This document shows, piece after piece, positions 9,984 to 18,560 of a stretch of DNA of 64,000 nt (position 1 is its first letter; each line of letters opens with the position of its first letter). The notes beneath the pieces are model-generated. The model had not been told where the DNA came from and searched no databases. It saw only the letters and a list, made by a program, of their open reading frames with translations. The translations under genes and the position numbers were made by a program. Source of the stretch: Bythopirellula sp. (GTDB lineage: Bacteria; Planctomycetota; Planctomycetia; Pirellulales; Lacipirellulaceae); the NCBI GenBank assembly GCA_965216565.1, contig OZ244170.1:5147747-5211746 (forward strand), read 5' to 3'.

Positions 9984-11824
9984 TCAATCTCAATCCAAAA
10001 CGGCATGATCGTAGCCACGGGTTCCCGCAGCACGGCTCGCAATTGGGCGGCTTTGCGGACTGGGGCGGTTAGCTCTGGAGCGAGTTGCCTAAGGCCGAGC
10101 GAGATGGCGACTTCCTTTTCTGCATCTTGATCGATGCCGAAAATTGCCTCGAAGGGATTCTCTTGCTTAGGCAGCACCTTGAGATCGACCTCGGCGTCGG
10201 GCTCCATGCCTGCTAACTGCTTGGCAGTTCGAATGGCATCCTTCAATGTGCCGAGTTCATCCACCAAGCCAATTCGTTTAGCATCGCGGCCAGTGTAGAC
10301 TTTTCCGCCAGCGAGTTCCTTGAGCTGCTCCAAGGGCATGTCGCGGCCCTCGGCTGCTTTGGAAGTGAACAAATCGTAAATCTTGCTCATCATGTTGAGA
10401 ACAACTTCGCGTTCGCTCTCGCTAAAGTTGGAATTGGAAGAGAACATGCCACTATTTTTGCCACGGCTAATGACGTCGGTCGTAATGCCAATTTTGCCGT
10501 ATAGCTCATTCATGTTGAACTTCCCGCCGACAACACCAATCGAGCCAGTAACGGTGCCCGGCTCGGCGAAAATCTTGTCAGCACCCATCGAGATGTAATA
10601 CCCACCACTGGCAGCAACGTCGCCCATGCTGGCCACAATCGGTTTCTCGATAGTCTGCGTTGCACGCCAAATCAAGTCACTCGCCAGCGCCGATCCGCCC
10701 GGGCTATTGACCCGCAACACGATCCCTTTCACGCGCTCGTCCTCAGCGGCTTCGTGAAGTGCTTTGACGATAGTGTCAGACCCCATCAGTTGCCCAGCGA
10801 ACGGATTGTCTTCGCTTTTGCCACTCATAATGGGGCCGACGGCATAAACAATCGCGATCTTATCCTTCTTCGAACTACGGCCACCATCGCCGCCGAGCAT
10901 CAGGTTGAACAGCTTCATGAAACCCATCGGTCCAGAAAAGTCGGTGTCGACTTTCTTCTTGGCGTAGTTCATCACATAAACCAGCTTGTCGGCATCATAC
11001 TCAGTGGAGAGCCGTGCGCGGACGGAATCGGGATAGGCGACCTCGTCAATCAGACCAGCCTCCTTCGCCTCGCGTGCCGTGAGCAAGCCTTGGTCGACTT
11101 TGGCGCGGACTTCCTCAACGCGAAGGTTCCGATTCGTAGCGATTCGTGTGATCACTTGATCGTATAGATCATCGACCATTGCCGTGAGGTTTTCTCTAAC
11201 GGGCTCGCTAAAGCTCTTTCGGGTGAAAGGTTCGGCGGCGCCTTTGGCTTCGCCCATGTGGATCATGTCTGCCTCGATGCCCAGCTTGTCGAGCATCTCT
11301 TTGTAGAAACCCGCCTCAGCCCGTACGCCGGGAATTAGAATGATCCCAGCCTCCGGCATCACGATTTCGTCGCAGGCAGTGGCGAGCAGATATTGGGAGC
11401 CCTGGGCGGATTCCAGTTGTGCGATCACCTTTTTACCACTGGCACGCACTCGAGCCACGGCGTCGGAGAGTTCATTGAGCTTTCCCCGAGCCATGGGATT
11501 GCGGATCTCAAGGATAATGCCGGAGATCGAATCGTCCTCGGCGGCCTTGTCGAGTCGAGCGATCGTCTTGCGTAGATCAATACCAAGGTCGCCAAACAGC
11601 GACATCTGGCCGGGCGACTCGGGGAGTTCCCCTTTGATGGCGATATGGGCCATACGAACTTTGTTCGGTTTCTTGGTCTCGGCTGCGTTGTCTGTCGAAT
11701 CGCTAGCAGATGCAGACGCTTGCTTGGCCTCGACGGCTTTCGATTGTGCTACCAGTTGGTCGCAGAACAGGCAGGCTGAAAACAGGATGATGCCGGCGAT
11801 GGCAATTTGGAACGAGTCGCGCAT
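9980..11824 (-). CDS. sppA: Signal peptide peptidase SppA, 67K type (S49)
   Basis: Two S49 domains; LRVNSPGGSALAS, ASMGDVAASGGYY, TGSIGV, KGAAEPF; start taken at ATG 11824. Confidence 0.93.
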   Translation of the reverse strand: MRDSFQIAIAGIILFSACLFCDQLVAQSKAVEAKQASASASDSTDNAAETKKPNKVRMAHIAIKGELPESPGQMSLFGDLGIDLRKTIARLDKAAEDDSISGIILEIRNPMARGKLNELSDAVARVRASGKKVIAQLESAQGSQYLLATACDEIVMPEAGIILIPGVRAEAGFYKEMLDKLGIEADMIHMGEAKGAAEPFTRKSFSEPVRENLTAMVDDLYDQVITRIATNRNLRVEEVRAKVDQGLLTAREAKEAGLIDEVAYPDSVRARLSTEYDADKLVYVMNYAKKKVDTDFSGPMGFMKLFNLMLGGDGGRSSKKDKIAIVYAVGPIMSGKSEDNPFAGQLMGSDTIVKALHEAAEDERVKGIVLRVNSPGGSALASDLIWRATQTIEKPIVASMGDVAASGGYYISMGADKIFAEPGTVTGSIGVVGGKFNMNELYGKIGITTDVISRGKNSGMFSSNSNFSESEREVVLNMMSKIYDLFTSKAAEGRDMPLEQLKELAGGKVYTGRDAKRIGLVDELGTLKDAIRTAKQLAGMEPDAEVDLKVLPKQENPFEAIFGIDQDAEKEVAISLGLRQLAPELTAPVRKAAQLRAVLREPVATIMPFWIEIE

Positions 11825-11965
11825 GGCTTCCTCTGGGCTGGTGGGGCTCTTGATTTGCTTCTCTATTTTAGCGCAATGAGTGCGTTGCTGGCTATTCGTC
11901 GACCGTCCGTGAATATTTGAACTCTTTTGGAGATCCAGGCAGCAGACCCTAGCTGCCCAGCATAT

Positions 11966-12023
11966 TGTCATCCCGAGATCCGCCGAGGGTTCTAGCTAGA
12001 TTTCTTGACAGACCTCGAAATGA
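11966..12023. repeat. Degenerate inverted-repeat element (TGTCATCCCGAG...CTCGGAATGACA family)
   Basis: Arms tgtcatcccgagatccgccgagggttct / agatttcttgacagacctcgaaatga; related copy at 59959-60035. Confidence 0.6.
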
Positions 12024-12263
12024 GGGCTTCTGAGGTAGCTCGGAATAGCGATTGAATTGTCGATAGGACAAGAATACCGAGGAATTCAATACTTCTGATA
12101 GCGTTTGTTTGCTCTGAGTATCTGGCTCATGAGATCGGTCTGGCTAGAGGACCTGCCTTTTGCTAATTTCCGCCCCTCGGCACCGGAAATTCTTGCCGAG
12201 AATCTTTTCTCTCGCTACCAAGATTTCAACCCGGCTACCACTATTTGGGGAGACGCACGTCCT

Positions 12264-13466
12264 ATGTGGCGCTGTCTGTTTGTACTGTTTTTGATGGGAC
12301 ACTTCTGCGCATTAGACGCCGATCTACATGCTGCGCAACCGCTTTGGCAGTCACTTATTCCGCAAAGACAAGTGGAATCCGATCCGAGTGCCGACTATTC
12401 ACTCGACCAGCAACGAGGCCCGTGGCTGATTTTGGCCGCGACTTTCTCGGGTGCGGAAGGGGAAGCTGATGCCAGGGAGTTGGTGTTGGAGCTTCGCAAA
12501 GAGTCCAATTTACCGGCCTTCTATTATGCCATGACCTTCGAACGCGATCAGCTCAACGTGGGTCGGGGCATCGACGTGGATGGAGCACGGATTCGTCGGC
12601 GCTACAACCGCGGCAGTGCAGTGCTCGAGCATGCTGTGCTCGTGGGGGAGTTCACCTCTGTAGACGATCCGGATGCGCAGGAATTGCTCGAACGGGTGAA
12701 GTATCTCCAACCGGAGTGTTTGAAAACCGCGGGCGAGCAAGAATCGACCCAAAGCCTGGCCTCGGTCCGAAAGTTTCATAACTACGTCCGCAAGAACCTC
12801 GGCAAACAGTCGCAGCGAGGGCCGCTAGGATATGCTTTTTTGACCAGGAATCCCTTGCTACCAAAAGAGTACTTCGCCCCTCGGGGGGTCGATGACGAAA
12901 TTGCCAAATGGAATGAGGGTTTGGAGTACTCACTGATGAAAGCTCCTGGACGTTACTCCATGCGGGTAGCAACCTTCCGAGGCCGCAGCAAGCTACATGC
13001 TCGCGATGGTGACGCGGAGGATATCAAGTCGCATAAGGCAACCGAAAAAGATCCATTGGTGGTTGCCGGCCGTAATGCCCACCTGCTAACCGTCGCATTA
13101 CGCAAAAAGGGTTGGGAAGCTTACGAGTTTCACAATCGTCAAGAGAGTTACGTGGCGGTCGGAAGTTTCGACGATGCCCAGCAGCTTGCCGATGGCCGTA
13201 TTGTGATCGACAATCGTGACGCTCAGATCATTATCAAGACATTCGGGGCGATGACGCCGAACAATGTTTTCAACCGTCCTGCTGCCGAAGATATCCAGCT
13301 GGAACAGCAAAAGAAGCAACAATTTCTCAATAGCTTCGCCAAACAGCAAGGCTCGGTGGCACAAGGGTTCCATCCCAAGCGATTTGTGGGCCTGCCGTTC
13401 GACATCCATCCCGAAGCGGTCCAGGTTCCTCGCCGATCGGTGAGTGCGGCTTACGCCAGAAACTAG
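12264..13466 (+). CDS. Secreted hypothetical protein (possible SPOR-like repeats)
   Basis: Signal peptide MWRCLFVLFL...HAA; two related segments (GPWLILAATF...ELRKESNLPAFY and GRYSMRVATF...LRKKGWEAYE). Confidence 0.65.
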   Translation: MWRCLFVLFLMGHFCALDADLHAAQPLWQSLIPQRQVESDPSADYSLDQQRGPWLILAATFSGAEGEADARELVLELRKESNLPAFYYAMTFERDQLNVGRGIDVDGARIRRRYNRGSAVLEHAVLVGEFTSVDDPDAQELLERVKYLQPECLKTAGEQESTQSLASVRKFHNYVRKNLGKQSQRGPLGYAFLTRNPLLPKEYFAPRGVDDEIAKWNEGLEYSLMKAPGRYSMRVATFRGRSKLHARDGDAEDIKSHKATEKDPLVVAGRNAHLLTVALRKKGWEAYEFHNRQESYVAVGSFDDAQQLADGRIVIDNRDAQIIIKTFGAMTPNNVFNRPAAEDIQLEQQKKQQFLNSFAKQQGSVAQGFHPKRFVGLPFDIHPEAVQVPRRSVSAAYARN

Positions 13467-13498
13467 CGGTATCGGTCTTCCAGAATCGCTTCGCTCTA

Positions 13499-13553
13499 TA
13501 GCCGGACCGCCACGCGGTCCAAGGCACCCCGGAGGCAAGTGCGCCTCCGGCTA
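13499..13553. repeat. REP-like hairpin doublet
   Basis: tagccggaccgc-cac-gcggtcc followed by ccggaggc-aagtgc-gcctccggcta; TAGCCGGA ends in inverted orientation. Confidence 0.5.
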
Positions 13554-13699
13554 GACGTACCGAGTCTACGTCGCAATCTTCCACGATTCGCAGTTCTTGC
13601 TCTAGTTCGCCACTTCGGTATGCTAGTGACTTGAGTCGCTTGCCTTCTACGACCCCATTCCAATGCCTCCTGCCCGACACATCTATGCCCGACGCTTCT

Positions 13700-14326
13700 A
13701 TGACTGTTGCCGAAAAAACACTTTTGCTGGGTACCTCGAACCAGGACAAGGGACGCGAACTGGCTGAATTGCTCGCCCCCTATGGGCTTAAGATCGAAAC
13801 ACTCGCCGACAAGTCAGATCCCTTGGACGTTGTGGAAGACGGCGACTCGTTTGCCGCCAACGCGCAGAAGAAGGCCTCCGAGCAAGCCCAGCATTTGGGT
13901 TGTTGGGTCCTGGCCGACGATAGCGGCTTGGAAGTAGATGCCCTCGATGGAGCGCCGGGCATTTTCTCGGCGCGCTACTCGGGCGAAGACGCGACCAACA
14001 GTAGCAATAACGCCAAGCTGATTGCCGAACTGGGAGATCTGCCACCTAAGAAACGCGGCGCGCAGTATTATTGCCATGTGTCGCTCTCGGATCCTACAGG
14101 GAAAATTCGAGCCGATAGCGCCGGCATTTGTCGGGGAGTGATCCGCAAAGAACCCGTGGGCACCAATGGTTTTGGTTACGATCCTCTGTTCGAAGTTGTC
14201 GAGCTACATCGCACATTCGGTGAGCTCGGGCCAAGGGTGAAATCCACTCTCAGCCACCGAGCACGAGCCCTGCGGGCGATTTTGCCGAAACTGGTGGCGC
14301 TCGCCAAAAGTGACGAGTGGCAGTGA
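13700..14326 (+). CDS. rdgB: Non-canonical purine NTP pyrophosphatase (RdgB/HAM1)
   Basis: TSNQDKGRE, ADDSGLEVDALDGAPGIFSARY, GFGYDPLF, SHRARAL. Confidence 0.95.
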   Translation: MTVAEKTLLLGTSNQDKGRELAELLAPYGLKIETLADKSDPLDVVEDGDSFAANAQKKASEQAQHLGCWVLADDSGLEVDALDGAPGIFSARYSGEDATNSSNNAKLIAELGDLPPKKRGAQYYCHVSLSDPTGKIRADSAGICRGVIRKEPVGTNGFGYDPLFEVVELHRTFGELGPRVKSTLSHRARALRAILPKLVALAKSDEWQ

Positions 14327-14395
14327 GAGCGGGGCCCAGACTTTATTAAGCTTCAGCAACGTGTGCCACTAGCTTTGCCAGTGCCAGATAGAACA

Positions 14396-14429
14396 ACTGG
14401 TTGCCGAGTCACTACTGGTTGCCGAGTCA
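14396..14429. repeat. Tandem direct repeat (16-bp core, 18-bp period, 2 copies)
   Basis: actggttgccgagtca at 14396-14411 and 14414-14429. Confidence 0.8.
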
Positions 14430-14610
14430 TAGCGGAGACGGTGAAGATCAGTCAGCGCAAATAAAGAGCTGCCGTGAACAAGATAATGATCGCGGCAGCT
14501 CAATAAAAAGGGCAGTTACTATGTATGGCAGAAATATAGCAAGCACGGTTCGGCTAGCCAAGCGTTTTGTTTCAAAAAACTCTCGAAATAACTCTATGGT
14601 AGGGGGAACG

Positions 14611-15906
14611 ATGACAATCCGAGTTTGGACATTATTGGCTGCTCTGGTGTTCTCCAATTACGCGCAAGGCGAGGCGCCAGCCGACTGGATAGCCGAAGAA
14701 ATCCCGCAGCTTACCCAGCTGTACAAGTCATTGCACCAGACTCCGGAACTATCGTTCCAAGAGGAGCAAACCGCTGCCAAGTTGGCAGAACTATTGAGGG
14801 CCTCCGGATTCGATGTCACCGAAAAAGTTGGTGGCCATGGGGTGGTGGGGGTGCTGAAAAATGGCGAGGGAAAAACCGTGCTGCTGCGAGCGGATATGGA
14901 TGCTCTACCTGTGGTGGAAGAGACCGGCGTGCCCTATGCCTCCAAGGTTCGCACCCCCGACGAACGGGGGGCGGTGGTCGGAGTGATGCATGCCTGCGGC
15001 CACGATATTCACATGACAAATCTCATCGGGGCTGTTCGTTACTTGGCTTCTCATCACGACCAATGGCAAGGAACATTAGTCGCCATCTTGCAACCTGCCG
15101 AAGAACGGGGAGCCGGTGCCAAGGCAATGCTAGTCGATGGTTTACTGTCCCGGTTTCCACGACCCGACTACGCCCTTGCGATGCATGTGGCGGCCGATCA
15201 AGCCACGGGGACGGTAGGATATCGGGCCGGCTACGCCCTAGCCAATGTCGACAGCGTCGACATCACAATCCAAGGCAGAGGTGGCCACGGTGCCTGGCCT
15301 CACTCCACAATCGACCCCGTGGTGATCGCGGCACGGCTGGTCGTCGATCTCCAGTCAATCGTCAGCCGCGAAGTGAAGCCCATTGAACCGGCAGTCATCA
15401 CCGTAGGTTCGATCCACGGCGGGACCAAGCACAACATCATCGGCGATTCTTGTGCTCTGCAAATCACCGTCCGCAGCTACACACCGGAGGTCCGTAAGCA
15501 ACTGATCGACGCCATCCGCCGCAAAGCACTCGCTGCCGCGGCCAGTGCCGATGCTCCTGAGCCTGAGATCGACGTCTCTGAGGGAACGCCGGCACTGTTC
15601 AACGACCCGGAACTGACCGAGCGCGTGGTGGCTGCATTGAAGCCTGTGCTGGGCGAGAAAAATCTAGTGGAAGTGGAACCTTCGATGGGCGGCGAAGACT
15701 TTGGCCGCATCGGTCGCGCCGGTGTACCGATCGTGATGCTCAGATTGGGGGGCGTCACCAAAGCGCGGTTAGACGAATACCGCGAGCGTGGAGTGCAACC
15801 ACCATCGCTACACTCAGCCAAGTTCTACCCCGATGCCAAAGAGGCCCTCGAAACCGGCGTCACCGCCCTGGCAACCGCGACGCTTGATCTCTTGGGGAAG
15901 GACTAA
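14611..15906 (+). CDS. Secreted M20D amidohydrolase (hippurate hydrolase-like)
   Basis: Signal peptide; HQTPELSFQE, LRADMDALP, MHACGHD, QPAEE, GGHGA, GEDF, LHS. Confidence 0.92.
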   Translation: MTIRVWTLLAALVFSNYAQGEAPADWIAEEIPQLTQLYKSLHQTPELSFQEEQTAAKLAELLRASGFDVTEKVGGHGVVGVLKNGEGKTVLLRADMDALPVVEETGVPYASKVRTPDERGAVVGVMHACGHDIHMTNLIGAVRYLASHHDQWQGTLVAILQPAEERGAGAKAMLVDGLLSRFPRPDYALAMHVAADQATGTVGYRAGYALANVDSVDITIQGRGGHGAWPHSTIDPVVIAARLVVDLQSIVSREVKPIEPAVITVGSIHGGTKHNIIGDSCALQITVRSYTPEVRKQLIDAIRRKALAAAASADAPEPEIDVSEGTPALFNDPELTERVVAALKPVLGEKNLVEVEPSMGGEDFGRIGRAGVPIVMLRLGGVTKARLDEYRERGVQPPSLHSAKFYPDAKEALETGVTALATATLDLLGKD

Positions 15907-16076
15907 ACGCAGAGTCCGCAGAGCACCAGAGGGCCGCGGAGAATTTTACCCAGCAATAGTAAAAAATTTGCTCTCAATCTATAAGTAGAATCTAGATGTG
16001 CCGCCTTGGGTTCATCGGCCGAGCCCGCCCACGATTCCTCCTCCGCGGCCCTCTGCTTCTCCGCGAACTCTGCGTT
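15906..16076. repeat. Inverted-repeat pair (36-bp AACGCAGAG family) with 99-bp spacer
   Basis: Left 15906-15941, right 16041-16076; right arm identical to 57531-57566. Confidence 0.88.
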
Positions 16077-16085
16077 GAAAAAAAA

Positions 16086-17399
16086 CTACTCATCCCGCAA
16101 CCGAGGATCGAGTGCATCGCGTAGCCCGTCGCCCAGGAAGTTGAGCGCCATCAACGTCACCCCAAGTGCGACGCTGGGAAATAGAATCAACCACCAATAG
16201 ATCTTTACCGGCGTAATCACCTTAATGCCTTCATTGGCCAGCAGACCCCAAGAAACATCGGGCGGTTCCACCCCCAGACCGAGGAACGAAAGAAACGCCT
16301 CGAACAGCATCACCCGGGGAATCGTTAGCGTGAGGTACACAATCACCACGCTGAACAGATTGGGCAGCAGGTGCAGAAAGATGATTCGCAGCTGCCCGGC
16401 GCCCAATGAGCGGGCTGATTCTACGAATAGTTCGTTGCGGAGTGAGATGACTTGCCCGCGCACCACTCGTGACATCGTGAGCCAATAAATTGCTCCCACC
16501 ACAAAAAAGAAGATCGTGATTCGATCAATTCCCCAATAGGAGAGCTTGTCTGCCACATCTTCCTGTCTCAAGATCGTCAAGATAAACAGCACCACGAAGA
16601 TAAAAGGGACCGAGTAGAGGACGTCGACCAGTCGCATCATTGCGTCGTCGACCCAACCCCCAAAGTAACCCGCTACGGCGCCGTAAGTGACACCAATCGA
16701 TAGCGAAACGATCGTCGCCACGAGCCCCACGATCAGCGAAATCCGGGCTCCCCAAAATACCCGGGCCAGAATATCGCGGCCCAGTTTGTCGCGACCGCAA
16801 AGCGAGTTGAGGCTTAAGTCGCCGAATAAGGCCAATCGCGTTCGCACCATCCAGCGGCTAACCGGGCCGAGATCGGGGAAGCCCATCGCCCTGTACGGTT
16901 GTTGAATCGTGTCCTCGATCTCCGCCTGCTTTTGCCGCAAGGCAAACCAGGCGTCGTCGTAAGCGGATTGCTCCTCGGCGAGCGCGGTTTTGCGTTGCTC
17001 GATCGTTAAGCCTTCGTCCAGCTGTGCTTCTGCTTGGTCCAGGGCTACGCCGGTTTCGTCAAGCGTCTGCTCCAAGCGAGGCAGTTCTTTTTCCAAATCA
17101 GTTACCGTTTCAGGCACTCGGGCTATCATCTCGGTATTGAGCTGGAATGTGTGTAACCAGAGTGGCGAAGCAGTCGGCTCTTCGTACTGGACGCTAGTTT
17201 GTGTGTAGTCGGGCGTTTGCAGAGGCAGCAGAGGAGTGAAAAAGGCAAGCAGGCAAATGATCCCTAACGTCCACAGCGAAATCATCGCCACGCGATTCTT
17301 GCGCAGGCGTCGCCACGCATCTTGCGATAACGACATCCCTTCGGGAGTCGCCGCCGTAAAGTCGGCCGGTTCAGTGGGTATAACTTCAGACTCTTCCAA
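16086..17399 (-). CDS. oppC: Oligopeptide ABC transporter permease OppC
   Basis: SLSQDAWRRLRKN, GRDKLGRDILAR, GARISL, FVESARSLGA, HLLPN, GDGLRDALDPR. Confidence 0.92.
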   Translation of the reverse strand: MEESEVIPTEPADFTAATPEGMSLSQDAWRRLRKNRVAMISLWTLGIICLLAFFTPLLPLQTPDYTQTSVQYEEPTASPLWLHTFQLNTEMIARVPETVTDLEKELPRLEQTLDETGVALDQAEAQLDEGLTIEQRKTALAEEQSAYDDAWFALRQKQAEIEDTIQQPYRAMGFPDLGPVSRWMVRTRLALFGDLSLNSLCGRDKLGRDILARVFWGARISLIVGLVATIVSLSIGVTYGAVAGYFGGWVDDAMMRLVDVLYSVPFIFVVLFILTILRQEDVADKLSYWGIDRITIFFFVVGAIYWLTMSRVVRGQVISLRNELFVESARSLGAGQLRIIFLHLLPNLFSVVIVYLTLTIPRVMLFEAFLSFLGLGVEPPDVSWGLLANEGIKVITPVKIYWWLILFPSVALGVTLMALNFLGDGLRDALDPRLRDE

Positions 17400-17424
17400 T
17401 TACGTTTGCCTTTTGCGTATATCA

Positions 17425-17463
17425 TCCCCCTCCTTTGAAAAGGAGGGGCTAGGGGAGGATTGA
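17425..17463. repeat. Hairpin repeat (TCCCCCTCCTTTGAAAAGGAGGGG family)
   Basis: 39 bp, one mismatch to the copy at 21138-21176. Confidence 0.88.
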
Positions 17464-17532
17464 ACCAGTTGACTCAGCCTTGCAGCTTGACTCTTACCTA
17501 AGCAGAGGCCACTTTCTATTTCTGAAGATAAT

Positions 17533-17630
17533 GAATCGAGGAAAAACAAATTCAGGTATCCATTATCCCCCTCACCTAACCTCTCCCCAAAGGGGCGAGG
17601 GACTAAAGAGAAGTTGTTTTTCCTCGATCC
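17533..17630. mobile_element. MITE-like element, copy without the 24-bp insert
   Basis: Terminal inverted repeats (atcgaggaaaaacaa / ttgtttttcctcgat) around ccccctcacctaacctctccccaaaggggcgaggga; related to 38486-38608 and 59731-59849. Confidence 0.7.
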
Positions 17631-17642
17631 GTTTCTTGCTCC

Positions 17643-18560
17643 TTAATGCAACTCCACCCGCGGATCGAGCACCGCGTACGAAAGGTCCACAATCCAGTTC
17701 ATCGAATACAGTAAAACTGTGTAAAGCATCACCAGGCCCATCGCCAAGGTGTAATCGTTCTGCAGCGCCGCATGAACAAAGTGCGATCCCAATCCGGGAA
17801 TGGCAAACACCTGCTCGACAACTAACGAACCGGTGAGAATGCCTGCAATTGCTGGTCCAAGGAATGAGACGACTGGCAGCATCGCACCCCGTAACCCGTG
17901 GACAAAAATCACACGCAGTGGTCCGACACCTTTAGCTCGAGCAGTACGGATGTGATCTTGCGAGAGCACATCCAACATGCTGGTTCGAGAAATCCGTGCG
18001 ATATACGCCGCATAGGGGGCACCAAGACAGAACGCGGGAAGCACCAACTGCTGGAAACTTCCCCATCCCGCTGCAGGAAACCAGCGCAGCTTGAATACGA
18101 AAAAAATGATGCAGATGCTCGCAATCACAAAGTTGGGCAAAGCAATTCCAACCGTGGCCGCCAAACGCAGCCAAACATCAGCCCACCCGCCTCGGAAAAC
18201 GGCAGCCACGATCCCCGCCACCAACCCTAGACTCGCTCCAAACATCAGTGCCAATAAACCTAGCGAGACAGAAATCGGCAGCCCCTCGGCGATCACTTGA
18301 TTCACCGTGTAGTCTCCCAATTTGTAGCTGTAACCAAGATCGAGACGCAGATAGTTGGCTAGCTCTCGCTGATACTGTTCGAAAAGCGGCTTGTCGAGAT
18401 TGTAGCGCCGCTTCATGTTCATTTCGATCTCAGGTTCCAGGGCCCGTTCGCTATCAAAGGGACCTCCCGGAACCGACCGCATTAGAAAAAAAGTGATCGT
18501 AAACACGGTCAACAAAGTGACTACCATCCACAGAGCGCGGCGGAAGCAAAACGCAATCAT
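17643..18560 (-). CDS. oppB: Oligopeptide ABC transporter permease OppB
   Basis: PGGPF, LDKP, DLGYS, RTARAKG, EQVFAIPGLG, DPR. Confidence 0.93.
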   Translation of the reverse strand: MIAFCFRRALWMVVTLLTVFTITFFLMRSVPGGPFDSERALEPEIEMNMKRRYNLDKPLFEQYQRELANYLRLDLGYSYKLGDYTVNQVIAEGLPISVSLGLLALMFGASLGLVAGIVAAVFRGGWADVWLRLAATVGIALPNFVIASICIIFFVFKLRWFPAAGWGSFQQLVLPAFCLGAPYAAYIARISRTSMLDVLSQDHIRTARAKGVGPLRVIFVHGLRGAMLPVVSFLGPAIAGILTGSLVVEQVFAIPGLGSHFVHAALQNDYTLAMGLVMLYTVLLYSMNWIVDLSYAVLDPRVELH

